Under the pieces are notes generated by a model, which saw only the letters and a program-made list of their open reading frames with translations, was not told the origin of the DNA and did no database searches. Of a stretch of 64,000 bases of DNA, positions 8,694 to 18,777 are shown one piece after another. Position numbers and translations under genes: made by a program. Numbering within the stretch: the stretch's first letter is position 1; the number at the start of each line of letters is the position of its first letter. This DNA comes from Candidatus Shapirobacteria bacterium (lineage in GTDB: Bacteria > Patescibacteriota > Microgenomatia > UBA12405 > UBA6130). The DNA is taken from assembly GCA_027039485.1 (NCBI GenBank), contig JALWDZ010000026.1:1093-65092 (forward strand), written 5' to 3'.

Positions 8694-9542
8694 GTGAATA
8701 ATATTCAAACTACTCTCTCCTGGCCGGAGGAAAACACTTTTGAAATAAAAGTAATTGTTCCTAAAACTCGCGTCGAAGCTGAGTATCAAAAATTGCTGGC
8801 AGCCTTTGCTAAGCAGCTAGAAAGCCACGGATTTCGAAAAGGAAAAGTGCCCCTAAAAGTTGCTGAGGAAAAAATCGGCCGGGACAAGCTTTACCAGCAA
8901 CTTAGCCACCAGCTTATCCCCCTTGTTTACAACGAAGCTATTGCTAAAGAAAATATTCAAGCCATCGGCCAACCTAAAATTGACCTCATAAAGGCTAAAG
9001 ACGGCGAAGATTGGGAATTAAAAATCACCGGTTATCGTAAACCCAAAGTAGACCTTGATAATTATCAGGAAAAAATCAAAACGTTGAATAGCCAGAGTAA
9101 AATTTGGACTCCTGAGAAGGGCGGCCAACCGGAAAAAACTGCTGCCGAGCAACAGAAGGAGAAAGAAGAAAAATTCCAAAAAATTATTGCCACCCTTTTA
9201 AATACTGTAAAAGTGCAAATCCCAGAACCGGTTATTGAGACTGAAGTTAAGCGTAAAATGGCTAATCTGATCGCTGATTTACAAAAAGCCGGCATGAGCC
9301 TAGAAGACTATGCCCAAACACAGGGCAAAAGTGTCGACCAAATTCGGCAAGAATTTCGCCAACAAGTCGAAGGGCTTATTAAGTTAGAGTTAATCTTGGA
9401 AGCCATTGCTAATCAGGAAAAAATTACCGTTAGCCAAGAAGAAATTCAACAAATTGCCAAGGGAAATCCCCAAGTTAACACCTATGTTTTAGCTCAACTA
9501 CTACGCCAGCAAAAAGTTCTTGAATACCTCAGTAGCCTGTAG
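8694..9542 (+). CDS. tig: Trigger factor (N and C domains, no PPIase domain)
   Basis: GFRKGKVP ribosome-binding motif; C-terminal ELILEAIANQEKITVS; only 282 aa. Confidence 0.9.
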   Translation: MNNIQTTLSWPEENTFEIKVIVPKTRVEAEYQKLLAAFAKQLESHGFRKGKVPLKVAEEKIGRDKLYQQLSHQLIPLVYNEAIAKENIQAIGQPKIDLIKAKDGEDWELKITGYRKPKVDLDNYQEKIKTLNSQSKIWTPEKGGQPEKTAAEQQKEKEEKFQKIIATLLNTVKVQIPEPVIETEVKRKMANLIADLQKAGMSLEDYAQTQGKSVDQIRQEFRQQVEGLIKLELILEAIANQEKITVSQEEIQQIAKGNPQVNTYVLAQLLRQQKVLEYLSSL

Positions 9543-9554
9543 TAAAATCTATAT

Positions 9555-10070
9555 ATGGCCCAAAAGAATAACGCTGGTCACCAGCCGGGAGGACAAAAGC
9601 AAGCCTTCCTCGAGGCTTTGGCCAAGCAACAAATGTCGCAAGAGCAACAACGTCTGGAAATTCTCCGCCGGATGGCTTTTTTACGCCAAAAAGAAACTAT
9701 AGAAAAAAAATCATCACCCAACTTGCTTTACAATGCTAGCGAGCGGCAAACTAAAGAAGAAATTGCCGCCTTGCGCCAGGAAATCAAAAAACTAGCCAAA
9801 AAGGTAGTCCATGTCCAGGCCAATATTGACCGTGCTGTTAACCAAAGAGTTAGCCAGCCCAGCCGTTACGAACTAAGCTTCTGGCAGCATCTTCATCACT
9901 GGGTGCGTCAATTAGTAGAAAAAATAGACAGCGTAGACCTTTGGTTGCAAGAATGGAATCGGCGGCGGCGTAAGAAAGGTGACTTTTGGGGTATCGTTAG
10001 CAATAAGAAGCGCGGCGGGGCCCAATTCCTTCTTTCCGCCGAGCACTATATGACCCGCTCGGCCGGTTAA
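9555..10070 (+). CDS. Coiled-coil hypothetical protein (resembles the CPR DUF5660 family, from memory)
   Basis: Coiled coil then FW...GAQFLLSAEHYMTRSAG; own TAAAAT 6 nt upstream. Confidence 0.65.
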   Translation: MAQKNNAGHQPGGQKQAFLEALAKQQMSQEQQRLEILRRMAFLRQKETIEKKSSPNLLYNASERQTKEEIAALRQEIKKLAKKVVHVQANIDRAVNQRVSQPSRYELSFWQHLHHWVRQLVEKIDSVDLWLQEWNRRRRKKGDFWGIVSNKKRGGAQFLLSAEHYMTRSAG

Positions 10071-10109
10071 TTTGACTTTCCTTTCTAGAGTATGTTTAAT
10101 AAAGCAAAC

Positions 10110-11876
10110 ATGGAGAAAGAAAAAGCAAAGAAATTAGCAATTCTGCGTCATTCATGCGAGCACTTGCTGATGCAGGCTATGTTGCGTCTGTGGCCCGGCA
10201 AAATTATTATGGCCATGGGGCCAGCAACGCAAGATGGATTTTATGCTGATTTTGAAACTCGAGGAGGATTAAAAATTACCCCAGACGATTTTCCCAAAAT
10301 AGAGGCAGAAATGCAAAAAATCGTTCAAGAAAAGTTGCCGTTCAAAAAAAGTGTTATTAGCCCCCAAAAAGCTCGGCAACTGTTTGCCGATAATCCCTAT
10401 AAACAGGAATGGATTGACGAAATCGTTCAAAAAAAAGAACCAATTACAGTTTATTATACTGGCGATGATTTTGTTGATCTCTGTCGCGGTCCCCATGTAA
10501 AAAATACCGGAGAGCTAAAATACTTCAAGCTTTTGAGCGTTGCCGGAGCGTACTGGCGGGGAAGTGAAAAGAACAAAATGCTCACCCGAATTTATGGTAC
10601 CTGTTTCCCCACAAAAAAAGAGCTAGAAGCCTACCTTAAACAGCGCGAAGAAGCCCAAAAGCGCGACCATCGACGCTTAGGGGAAGAGCTTGACCTTTTT
10701 CTTATCGACGAAACAGTCGGTCCCGGATTGATTCTCTGGCAGCCCAGGGGAGCGATGCTGCGCAAAATTATTATGGATTTTGCCCTCGATACCTATTTGA
10801 AACATGGTTACCAACTCGTTTTTACCCCCCATATTGCCCGCATTAAACTCTGGCAACAATCTGGCCATTGGGATTTTTACCGTGACTCTATGTTTGCTCC
10901 TTTTAAGGCCGAGAATCAGCGTTATAGCTTAAAGCCGATGAATTGCCCTTTCCATGTCAAAATCTACAATCACAAAATAAGAAGTTATCGCGATTTGCCC
11001 CTGCGTTACACTGAAATGGGTACTGTTTATCGTTTTGAAAAAAGCGGCGTGCTCCACGGTTTAACTCGCGTCCGCGGCTTTACCCAGGATGATGCCCATA
11101 TTATCTGCCGCCGTGATCAGCTCGAAAACGAAATCCAGCAGGCTCTTAAACTAACTGTCTACATGCTTAAGACTTTTGGCTTTCGCCAGTTTAAGGTTAA
11201 GCTAAGCACTCGAGACCCTAAAAACAAAGGGAAATTTATTGGCAACGATAAAGACTGGGAACTAGCCGAAAAATTTCTCCGCCAGGCACTGCAAAAAGAA
11301 AAAATAGTCTCTTTGGAAGAGGACCGCGGTGGGGCTGCCTTCTATGGCCCTAAAATCGATGTGGTTGTTAATGATGCCATCGGCCGCGAATGGCAGCTTT
11401 CCACTATCCAGCTTGATTTTAACCTCCCAGCCCGTTTCCAAATGCGTTACACCGACCAGCACGGCCAGGCCCAACAACCGTTTATGATTCACCGAGCCCT
11501 TCTTGGCTCTTTGGAACGATTCATCGGTATTTTAATCGAGCATTATGGAGGAGCTTTTCCGCCTTGGTTAGCCCCCGTTCAGGTTAGCATTTTACCAATT
11601 ACCAAAAACGAGATCGCTTTAGCCGAGAAAATAGCTCTCCGGCTAAAGCAAGCAGGGTTGCGCTACGAAATTGCTGCTAGTAACCAAACATTGAGCTATC
11701 GGTTGCGTCAGGCAGAATTACAAAAAATCCCTTACTTGCTCATCTTGGGGGCCAAAGAGGCCAAAGCAAACAAAGTGGTTTTCCGTCGTCGGGGGAGCAA
11801 AGAGCAAAAAACTCTTTCCCTAGAAAACTTTTTGGCTACTGTTAATGAAGAAATTGCCAAAAAAAAGCTTCTGTGA
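10110..11876 (+). CDS. thrS: Threonine--tRNA ligase (no TGS domain)
   Basis: LRHSCEHLL, DLCRGPHV, RDHRRLG, KPMNCP, RVRGFTQDDAH, HRALLGSLERF; start 10110 or 10092. Confidence 0.97.
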   Translation: MEKEKAKKLAILRHSCEHLLMQAMLRLWPGKIIMAMGPATQDGFYADFETRGGLKITPDDFPKIEAEMQKIVQEKLPFKKSVISPQKARQLFADNPYKQEWIDEIVQKKEPITVYYTGDDFVDLCRGPHVKNTGELKYFKLLSVAGAYWRGSEKNKMLTRIYGTCFPTKKELEAYLKQREEAQKRDHRRLGEELDLFLIDETVGPGLILWQPRGAMLRKIIMDFALDTYLKHGYQLVFTPHIARIKLWQQSGHWDFYRDSMFAPFKAENQRYSLKPMNCPFHVKIYNHKIRSYRDLPLRYTEMGTVYRFEKSGVLHGLTRVRGFTQDDAHIICRRDQLENEIQQALKLTVYMLKTFGFRQFKVKLSTRDPKNKGKFIGNDKDWELAEKFLRQALQKEKIVSLEEDRGGAAFYGPKIDVVVNDAIGREWQLSTIQLDFNLPARFQMRYTDQHGQAQQPFMIHRALLGSLERFIGILIEHYGGAFPPWLAPVQVSILPITKNEIALAEKIALRLKQAGLRYEIAASNQTLSYRLRQAELQKIPYLLILGAKEAKANKVVFRRRGSKEQKTLSLENFLATVNEEIAKKKLL

Positions 11877-11897
11877 TATAGTAAGGAGCAGCTGTCC

Positions 11898-12446
11898 GTG
11901 AGAAAACAAACAAAGACTATTTTTTATCGAGTAAATTGGCAAATTAGAGCGTCACCAATTCGCGTTATTGACAGTCAGGGAAAACAATTGGGAGTTTTGC
12001 CCCTCGGTGAGGCTCGGGCTTTAGCCCAGAAAGAGGGATTAGATTTGGTAGAAATAGCCCCCCGAGCCAAACCGCCGGTAGTAAAACTCATCGATTATGC
12101 TAAATTCAAGTATCAAGAACAGAAAAAGAGGCGCCAAGAGCATAAAAAACAAAAACGGGGAGAAGTAAAAGAGTTTCGCTTTTCCCCATTTGTCGAAGAA
12201 ACGGATGCCATTAGAAGGTTACAGCGAGCTAAAAAATTTAGCCGCGAGGGAAAAAGATTAAAAATTACCATCCGTTTCCGAGGCCGGCAATTTACCCGGC
12301 AGCAATTTGGTTATGATTTAATCGATAAAATTGCTAAAATTTTAGAAGAAGATTATCAAATAGAAGATAAGCCAAAAATTATAGGAAAACGATTAGTAGC
12401 TTTTTTCAAACCTAAAAAACATGAAGAAGAAAAAGCAGAAAACTAA
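11898..12446 (+). CDS. infC: Translation initiation factor IF-3
   Basis: VNWQIRA..IRVID..G..LG, LDLVEIAP.AKPPVVKLIDY.KFKY; thrS-infC-rpmI-rplT order. Confidence 0.95.
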   Translation: MRKQTKTIFYRVNWQIRASPIRVIDSQGKQLGVLPLGEARALAQKEGLDLVEIAPRAKPPVVKLIDYAKFKYQEQKKRRQEHKKQKRGEVKEFRFSPFVEETDAIRRLQRAKKFSREGKRLKITIRFRGRQFTRQQFGYDLIDKIAKILEEDYQIEDKPKIIGKRLVAFFKPKKHEEEKAEN

Positions 12447-12630
12447 AAAAGCGCTTTTGAAACGTTTTCGGATTACTCCGAGCGGTAAAGTTCTGCGCCT
12501 TCATAGCGGAAGCCGCCATCTGCGGCGTAAGAAAAGCCGCCAACAGAAAAGGCGTTTGAAAAAACCAGTTGAAGTAAAGGGTCGCCTGGCCATAAAAATT
12601 AAGAAATTATTAGGGAAAACTAAAAAATGA
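12421..12630 (+). CDS. rpmI: 50S ribosomal protein L35
   Basis: KTKKALLKRFRITPSGKV...H; position in operon. Confidence 0.92.
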   Translation: MKKKKQKTKKALLKRFRITPSGKVLRLHSGSRHLRRKKSRQQKRRLKKPVEVKGRLAIKIKKLLGKTKK

Positions 12631-13007
12631 GAACTAAAACTGGCTACACGCGCCACCGGCGCCACCAAAAAGTTTTAAAACAAACTAAAGGCTATCGCAT
12701 GACCCGTCACCGGCTTTTTAAGGTAGCCCACGAGGCTCTACTCCACGCCGGGCAATATGCATTTGCCGGCCGCAAAAAAAGAAAGCGCGATTTACGCCGC
12801 CTGTGGATTATGCGTTTAAATGCCGCCTTGCGCCAGGAAAAACTGACCTACTCCCATTTTATCCATCTCCTTAAAGAAAAAGGCATTCTTTTGAACAGAA
12901 AAATATTAGCCGAGCTGGCTACCCGCGAGCCTGAGAAATTTAAAACACTAATCCAGAAGATCGTCGCCTTGCCAACTTCTAGGGCTGAGGAGAAGCGGCC
13001 GCACTAG
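12627..13007 (+). CDS. rplT: 50S ribosomal protein L20
   Basis: RKKRKRDLRRLWIMRLNAA, LNRKILAELA. Confidence 0.96.
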   Translation: MRTKTGYTRHRRHQKVLKQTKGYRMTRHRLFKVAHEALLHAGQYAFAGRKKRKRDLRRLWIMRLNAALRQEKLTYSHFIHLLKEKGILLNRKILAELATREPEKFKTLIQKIVALPTSRAEEKRPH

Positions 13008-15579
13008 CCGTAGGCACCGGTGAAGGTGTTGGCGAAGGGATAAAATTCCAAGGTTCATTCACGCCGATATGAATTGTAGTCTGAACCCTCTGCCCTTTAT
13101 TATCCTCAGCCTCGGCCTTGAGGAGATAGGTGCCATCTTCTAGGCTAATTGTTTTTTCATAAGGCAAGCTCAAAAAACGGGCAACTTCTAAATCATTAGC
13201 CCAAACTTTAATTTCTTTAATGCCAGCTAAGCTTTGGGCTCTTAGCTTAAGGAGAAAACTGTTGCCCAATGTTGTTTTGTCAGCCGGATTTACAAATTGA
13301 ACCGCTAGCGGATTGCCCTGGCAATAATCATGGGGGGGATGATAACGCGGGTCTTTTTGAGTAGCTAGCCAGTTCAAAATGCCTTCCTGCCAACGATTTT
13401 TACCGTCCTTAGACACCGGGTCTTCTTCTTTGAAAATAAAAAATTCCTTTTCAACATAATCGCCGGCAGCAATTTGTCCCGGGGTAGCTAGCTTGTTCTC
13501 TTCGCGGCAAATTTTAAGCTTAACATGAATTGGATCTTTGCCTGTCGGTTCCGTTCCTTTAACAAAATATTCTTGGCGGGAAGGAAAACCGTCATGAGCA
13601 GGATAACCAGAAACAATGTCTACTCCCATTTGGTGTACACTCTCAGGCTTTTGAATAGGTTGATAGCCATATTTTTTCAAGGCTGCTAGCATAATCCGCC
13701 GCCAAATTGGCGTTGCCCCGGAAATACCTGAAGCAACCCGCTTCATGGGGCTATTATCGTTATTACCAACCCAAACCGCAACCAAAATATTACCTGTCCA
13801 GCCAATAGCCCAATTATCACGCTTATCATTAGTGGTACCTGTTTTAACAGCCACCCGCCGGCCAGGAATATAAAGGCCACTATGAGGTCCGAAACTGATT
13901 AGTCGTGCCTTATCGTCGGCCAAAATATCACTAATAATAAAGGCTACTCCTGGAGAAAACACTTGCTGACCGGCAGCAGGGCGGAAACGGAAGAGGGTTT
14001 TGCCATTGCGATCCTTCACCTGCAGAATGCTAACTGGCTTTTCTACCTTACCCTGATTAGCAAAAGCAGTATAAGCGCTAGCTAGATCGATCATTCGCAC
14101 TTCACCACCACCTAAAGTTACCGAAAGCCCAAAGCGGCGAAGGTTCTCCGGTGTTGGCGCTAGAGTGTGCAAGCCCATTTGATCCGCTTTGGCCAACATA
14201 TTTTTTATGCCCACCAAGGCAAGCATCTTGACAGCTGGCACATTGATCGAGTTGCCTAAGGCATAGCGCAATTGCAATGGCCCATGATACTTGCCGTCGT
14301 AATTAACAGGGATATAGTCGGGCTGCCCCGGCGATGAAGACGGGAAAACGGTTTTAACATCCATTATCAGTGTCGCCGCCGTGTAACCTTTCTCTAAAGC
14401 CAGGCCGTAAGTCACCGGTTTTATCGCCGACCCTGGCTGGCGCAAAGCTTGGGTAACTACATTAAATTTACCGTCAATATCCTTAGCAAAATAATCTTTA
14501 GAGCCCACCATTGCCAAAACATCGCCCCGGCGCGGGTCAACTACTACCGCACCCGCATTGGTAATATGGAGATTTTTTACTTTAGCAAGCTCTTCTTTGA
14601 CAATTTTTTCCGCCTCTTGCTGCAAATCTTCATCCAAGCTTGTTTCTACCTCTAGGCCTCCTTGCTCTACCACCGAAGTGCCGTAAAGTTTCTCTAGCTG
14701 CTGCTTAACCCAAAAAACGAAATGGGGCGCCTCAATGGCTGCTGTTTGGGGAGCAAAATACATTTTAGCTAACTCCGCCTGGGCAGCCTTTTCAGTTTCA
14801 GCATCAATATAGCCGTCTTCCCGCATCCGTCGCAAAACTGCTTTTGTCCGAGCAATATAAGCTCGCGGATGGGCACCATAAGGCGAATAATAAGAAGGGC
14901 GCTGAGGCAAACCGGCCAAAAAAGCCGCCTCTACTAAATTTAAGTCGCCAACCTTCTTGCGGAAATATTCTTCCGCCGCGGCACCCACTCCCCAGGCATT
15001 CCCCCCATATGGCGCCTCGTTTAAATACATCAAGAGAATTTGGTCTTTAGAATATTTTTTCTCAGTTTGCAAAGCCAAAATAAATTCTTTAATTTTTCTG
15101 GTTAAAGTCCGTCGTGGACTTAAAAGAACTACTTTTACCAACTGTTGTGTTAAAGTGGAACCCCCTTCTAAGCGGTGGTGGAAAATAATATTATACATAG
15201 CTCGCAAAATACCCCGCCAACTGAAGCCAGGGTGAGAATAAAAATTTTTGTCCTCAATTGATATTGTGGCCCATTTTAAATAATCAGGAACTTCTTCCCA
15301 TTTAACCGGTGTTCGCTTGGCCTGGTGATAAACATCATAAAGCAAATGGTGATTGCGGTCATAGATGCGGGTGGCAAACCCCTCACGGCGCACTAAGCGG
15401 GTTGGCGAGGGCAAGTCGCGGGCTGTCCAAGCAAAAACTGCCAATCCACCAATTATGCCTATTATCATGAAAATAAAAGCAGCTAGGGAAAGGTAAAACG
15501 CTAAGCGAGCCTTATTTACTTTGGTTTGTGAGCGGCGCCAAGAAGAACGCCCTCCGGCACTAAGATGAAATGACAACAT
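12979..15579 (-). CDS. Class A penicillin-binding protein with a C-terminal Ig-like domain and Pro/Thr tail
   Basis: GT51 motifs EDKNFY.H.G and GGSTLTQQLVK; transpeptidase motifs SAIK, SIN, KTGT. Confidence 0.93.
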   Translation of the reverse strand: MLSFHLSAGGRSSWRRSQTKVNKARLAFYLSLAAFIFMIIGIIGGLAVFAWTARDLPSPTRLVRREGFATRIYDRNHHLLYDVYHQAKRTPVKWEEVPDYLKWATISIEDKNFYSHPGFSWRGILRAMYNIIFHHRLEGGSTLTQQLVKVVLLSPRRTLTRKIKEFILALQTEKKYSKDQILLMYLNEAPYGGNAWGVGAAAEEYFRKKVGDLNLVEAAFLAGLPQRPSYYSPYGAHPRAYIARTKAVLRRMREDGYIDAETEKAAQAELAKMYFAPQTAAIEAPHFVFWVKQQLEKLYGTSVVEQGGLEVETSLDEDLQQEAEKIVKEELAKVKNLHITNAGAVVVDPRRGDVLAMVGSKDYFAKDIDGKFNVVTQALRQPGSAIKPVTYGLALEKGYTAATLIMDVKTVFPSSSPGQPDYIPVNYDGKYHGPLQLRYALGNSINVPAVKMLALVGIKNMLAKADQMGLHTLAPTPENLRRFGLSVTLGGGEVRMIDLASAYTAFANQGKVEKPVSILQVKDRNGKTLFRFRPAAGQQVFSPGVAFIISDILADDKARLISFGPHSGLYIPGRRVAVKTGTTNDKRDNWAIGWTGNILVAVWVGNNDNSPMKRVASGISGATPIWRRIMLAALKKYGYQPIQKPESVHQMGVDIVSGYPAHDGFPSRQEYFVKGTEPTGKDPIHVKLKICREENKLATPGQIAAGDYVEKEFFIFKEEDPVSKDGKNRWQEGILNWLATQKDPRYHPPHDYCQGNPLAVQFVNPADKTTLGNSFLLKLRAQSLAGIKEIKVWANDLEVARFLSLPYEKTISLEDGTYLLKAEAEDNKGQRVQTTIHIGVNEPWNFIPSPTPSPVPTASAAASPQP

Positions 15580-15607
15580 AAGACATTATAACAAGAAAGG
15601 GGAGACA

Positions 15608-15769
15608 AACAAATCATAATTACCAAAATCCTAAATTCTAAACTCTAAACAATGTTCAAATGACCAAAATTCAAATGTTCAAAACATCTTTGTCATCTTT
15701 CTTTTGTTTTGGTCATTTAATCATTGGGTAATTGTTTAGGATTTGGGTCATTAGGATTTAGGATTTGTT
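15608..15769 (+). repeat. Armed repeat element A (L arm 15608-15687, ~17 nt spacer with a TGTCAT remnant, R arm 15705-15769)
   Basis: L: AATTACCAAAATCCTAAA...CAAATGACCAAAATTCAAATGTTCAAAACAT; R: TGTTTTGGTCATTT...TTTAGGATTTGGGTCATTAGGATTTAGGATTTGTT; shared with 4 other loci. Confidence 0.85.
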
Positions 15770-15820
15770 ATTCCTAGTTTCATTTTTCATTTTTCGCTTT
15801 TTTGTGTATAATTGAGACGC

Positions 15821-15904
15821 CCAGGGGTGGCAGAGTGGTCAATTGCAACGGTCTGTAAAACCGTCGGGTTTATCCCTGCGGAGGTTCGAATCCTCCCCCC
15901 TGGA
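15821..15904 (+). tRNA. tRNA-Tyr(GTA) with C1-G72 and a long variable arm
   Basis: CCAGGGG/CCCCTGG-A, ACGGT-CTGTAAA-ACCGT, TTCGAAT; TATAAT at 15807-15812. Confidence 0.92.
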
Positions 15905-15930
15905 CCGAGGTTAATTTTTTTAAAAAAATT

Positions 15931-16104
15931 ATGGCAAGAAAAAGCAATCGTATTGTAGTTGGCCTAGTTTGCACTGTCTGTGGGTCTTTTAATTACATCA
16001 GCGAACGCAATAAGGTCAATACCAATGAAAAATTGACCATCAAAAAATATTGCCCCCATTGCCGTCGCCACACTCTCCATAAAGAAACGCAAAAATTTAA
16101 ATAA
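15931..16104 (+). CDS. rpmG: 50S ribosomal protein L33, Zn-binding form (57 aa, absent from the ORF track)
   Basis: Hand translation MARKSNRIVVGLVCTVCGSFNYISERNKVNTNEKLTIKKYCPHCRRHTLHKETQKFK. Confidence 0.95.
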   Translation: MARKSNRIVVGLVCTVCGSFNYISERNKVNTNEKLTIKKYCPHCRRHTLHKETQKFK

Positions 16105-16109
16105 GGCCC

Positions 16110-16754
16110 ATGGCTAACATTCTCGCTATCCTTGTCCACTTAATTACCGGGGCAATCAACCGCTTTGGCTACGGGGGCATTATCCTGGCAATGGCCATTG
16201 AGTCTGCCTCGATCCCTTTGCCGTCAGAGGTCATCATGCCCTTCGCCGGCTTTCTAGTTAGTCAACAGCAGTTAGCATTTTGGCCGACCGTTATCGCCGG
16301 AGCTTTAGGCTGCCTCATCGGTTCACTCGCCAGTTGGTTAATCGGCTGGCAATTAGGAGAAGAGCTTTTGCGCCAGCTTATCCGCCGTTATGGCCGTTTC
16401 CTGTTGATTTTTGAATACGAATTAGACGACGCCATCCGAATTTTCCGCCGTTATGGCAATCCCGTCATCTTTTTCTCACGCCTTTTGCCAGTAATCCGAA
16501 CTTTTATCTCCCTTCCCGCCGGGATCGCCCAAATGCCCCTAGGAACATTTAGCCTCTATACATTTTTGGGTTCTTTTTTCTGGACTCTTCTTCTCACCTG
16601 GTTAGGAGTGCGCCTAGGGCAAAATTGGCCCCAATTGGGTGTTTGGTTTCACCGTTTTGACATATTTATTGGACTTGGTCTTCTATTCTTGATTATTTGG
16701 TATCCTTGGCACAAAATTCGCCGCCAGAAACATTATCAAGCCCGAAAAAGCTAA
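16110..16754 (+). CDS. DedA family membrane protein
   Basis: ESASIPLPSEVIMPFAG, SRLLPVIRTFISLPAG. Confidence 0.93.
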   Translation: MANILAILVHLITGAINRFGYGGIILAMAIESASIPLPSEVIMPFAGFLVSQQQLAFWPTVIAGALGCLIGSLASWLIGWQLGEELLRQLIRRYGRFLLIFEYELDDAIRIFRRYGNPVIFFSRLLPVIRTFISLPAGIAQMPLGTFSLYTFLGSFFWTLLLTWLGVRLGQNWPQLGVWFHRFDIFIGLGLLFLIIWYPWHKIRRQKHYQARKS

Positions 16755-18775
16755 TTTAAAGCCACCCTTCTTTGCCAATCGGCCAAAAACTGCTGCCAAC
16801 GCTGCCAATATTCGCCTTTTTTTATCGCCAAAGCTTGTTCGGCTGCTCGATGAGTTTGGGTTACCAAATCTAAATCTAGCCAGGAAGCTAATTTTAAGCG
16901 CGGAAAGCCATGCTGCTGGGTCCCTAAAAGTTCTCCTGGTCCGCGTAATTTCAAATCAGCCTCGGCTAATTCTAAACCTCGCCGCAATTTAGTTAAAAGC
17001 CGTAAGCGTTGTTGGCTCTGCCGGCTTTTGGCTTCGGAAAACAGAAGGCAATAGGCTTTTTCCCGATTTCTGCCTACCCGCCCCCGCAGCTGATGCAATT
17101 GGGCTAGGCCAAACCTCTCTGCGTTTTCAATAATGATAATTTTTGCCCGGGGTAAATCAACACCCACTTCAACTACCGGCGTAGTTACCAGAATGTCAAT
17201 TTTGCCCGCTTGCATTTTCTTTAAAATAGCCGCTTTCTCCTGGCTTTTTAATCGTCCGTGCAAAAGGGCAAGGCGGAAGCCGGCAAATATCTTTTCCAAG
17301 CGAACAAATTCTTCCGTGGCCGCCCGGACAGATTGTAATGTTTCCGAGCTTTCAATAAAGGGACAAACAATAAAAACCTGGGCCTGGTGCTGGCGGATTT
17401 CCTTAGCAACCCACCGATAGGCAGCCATCCTTTTAGCTGGTGGCACCACGAAAGTCGTTACCGGTTGCCGGCCGGGCAAAAGGTCGGTCAATCGGGAAAC
17501 GGCCAGGTTGCCCCGCAAAACTAAACTCACCGTCCGGGGAATTGGGGTCGCCGTCATAGTTAAAACATGGGGGAAAGAGCCATCTTGGTTCGCTGCCACT
17601 AACTGGGCCCGCTGGCTAACACCGAAACGGTGCTGTTCATCAATAATAACTAAACCAAGCCGGCCCAATTCCTGACGGTGGTGAAAAAGAGCGTGGGTGC
17701 CGATTAAAAAAATGGCCTCTGTATTTTCTTGAAATTGCGAAGTCCAGATTCCCACTTCTAAATCCCAGCGCCGAAACAAATCCTGTAGGTTCTGGTAGTG
17801 TTGCCAAGCCAAAATTTCCGTTGGCGCCATCAAAACCGCCCGCCAGCCCGCTTTTGCCACCTGAGCCGCGACCAAAGCAGCGACAATCGTTTTGCCAGTC
17901 CCTACATCACCCTCCAAAAGGCGATTCATAGGAAACGGCTGCTGTAAATCATGGGCGATCTCTTCTAAAGCCTGCCGCTGGCTGGGAGTTAATTGAAAAG
18001 GCAAATCAGCCGCTAAAGCTGTTGCTAATTTAGCGTCCCATTTTATCGCCGGTGCCAATTTAGCCCGTTCTTTTTGCTGCCGGTACAGCAACGGTAGTTG
18101 CAAAAGGAAAAGTTCCTCAAAAGCCAAAGTGCACCGGGCTTGTTGGGCTGCAGCCAGCGACGAGGGGGCATGAATTTGCCGCAACGCCTGCCAGCGGGGT
18201 AGCAATTGGTAACGCTGGCGCCAGGCCGGAGGAAAATAATCGGGGAAAAGATGTTCAGAAAGGTGAGGGAGAAGTGTGGCAATAATTTTGCGCAAATAAC
18301 TTGAAGTGACCCCTTCGGTCTCCGGATAAACAGCCAAAAGCCGCCCTGTTTGCCAGTTGCTCCCCCCTTTTTCTATTAAAGGATTGACAATCTGCCAACG
18401 GCCCAGAGGAGATTTTTTTACCTGGCCGGCAGCAAGAAGTTTTGCCCCTTCTTTTATACCCTGAAGGCGAAACGGCTGGTTAAACCAGACCAATTCTAAA
18501 AACTCTCCTTGATCTTCGAGGACTATCTGCTGGACTGTTTTTCCCCGCCGAGTAAGCCGATTTTCTAATTTAACCACCTTGCCTTTTACCGAAACCGTTT
18601 CTCCCAGTTGTAACTGTTTAATAGTTTTAAATTGGCGAAAGTCTTGATAATAAATAGGGAAATGGTAAATTAAATCTTTGATAGTTTTAATGCCCAAACG
18701 AGCTAGCCGCGCTGCCGATTTAGGCCCCACCCCTTTGAGGTAACGAACCGATGTCTCCGGGGACAATTGGGCCAT
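16751..18775 (-). CDS. recG: ATP-dependent DNA helicase RecG
   Basis: LKGVGPK wedge domain, RLLEGDVGTGKT, DEQHRFGV, TATPIPR, QLHQLRGRVGR; start put at ATG 18775. Confidence 0.96.
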   Translation of the reverse strand: MAQLSPETSVRYLKGVGPKSAARLARLGIKTIKDLIYHFPIYYQDFRQFKTIKQLQLGETVSVKGKVVKLENRLTRRGKTVQQIVLEDQGEFLELVWFNQPFRLQGIKEGAKLLAAGQVKKSPLGRWQIVNPLIEKGGSNWQTGRLLAVYPETEGVTSSYLRKIIATLLPHLSEHLFPDYFPPAWRQRYQLLPRWQALRQIHAPSSLAAAQQARCTLAFEELFLLQLPLLYRQQKERAKLAPAIKWDAKLATALAADLPFQLTPSQRQALEEIAHDLQQPFPMNRLLEGDVGTGKTIVAALVAAQVAKAGWRAVLMAPTEILAWQHYQNLQDLFRRWDLEVGIWTSQFQENTEAIFLIGTHALFHHRQELGRLGLVIIDEQHRFGVSQRAQLVAANQDGSFPHVLTMTATPIPRTVSLVLRGNLAVSRLTDLLPGRQPVTTFVVPPAKRMAAYRWVAKEIRQHQAQVFIVCPFIESSETLQSVRAATEEFVRLEKIFAGFRLALLHGRLKSQEKAAILKKMQAGKIDILVTTPVVEVGVDLPRAKIIIIENAERFGLAQLHQLRGRVGRNREKAYCLLFSEAKSRQSQQRLRLLTKLRRGLELAEADLKLRGPGELLGTQQHGFPRLKLASWLDLDLVTQTHRAAEQALAIKKGEYWQRWQQFLADWQRRVALN

Positions 18776-18777
18776 TT

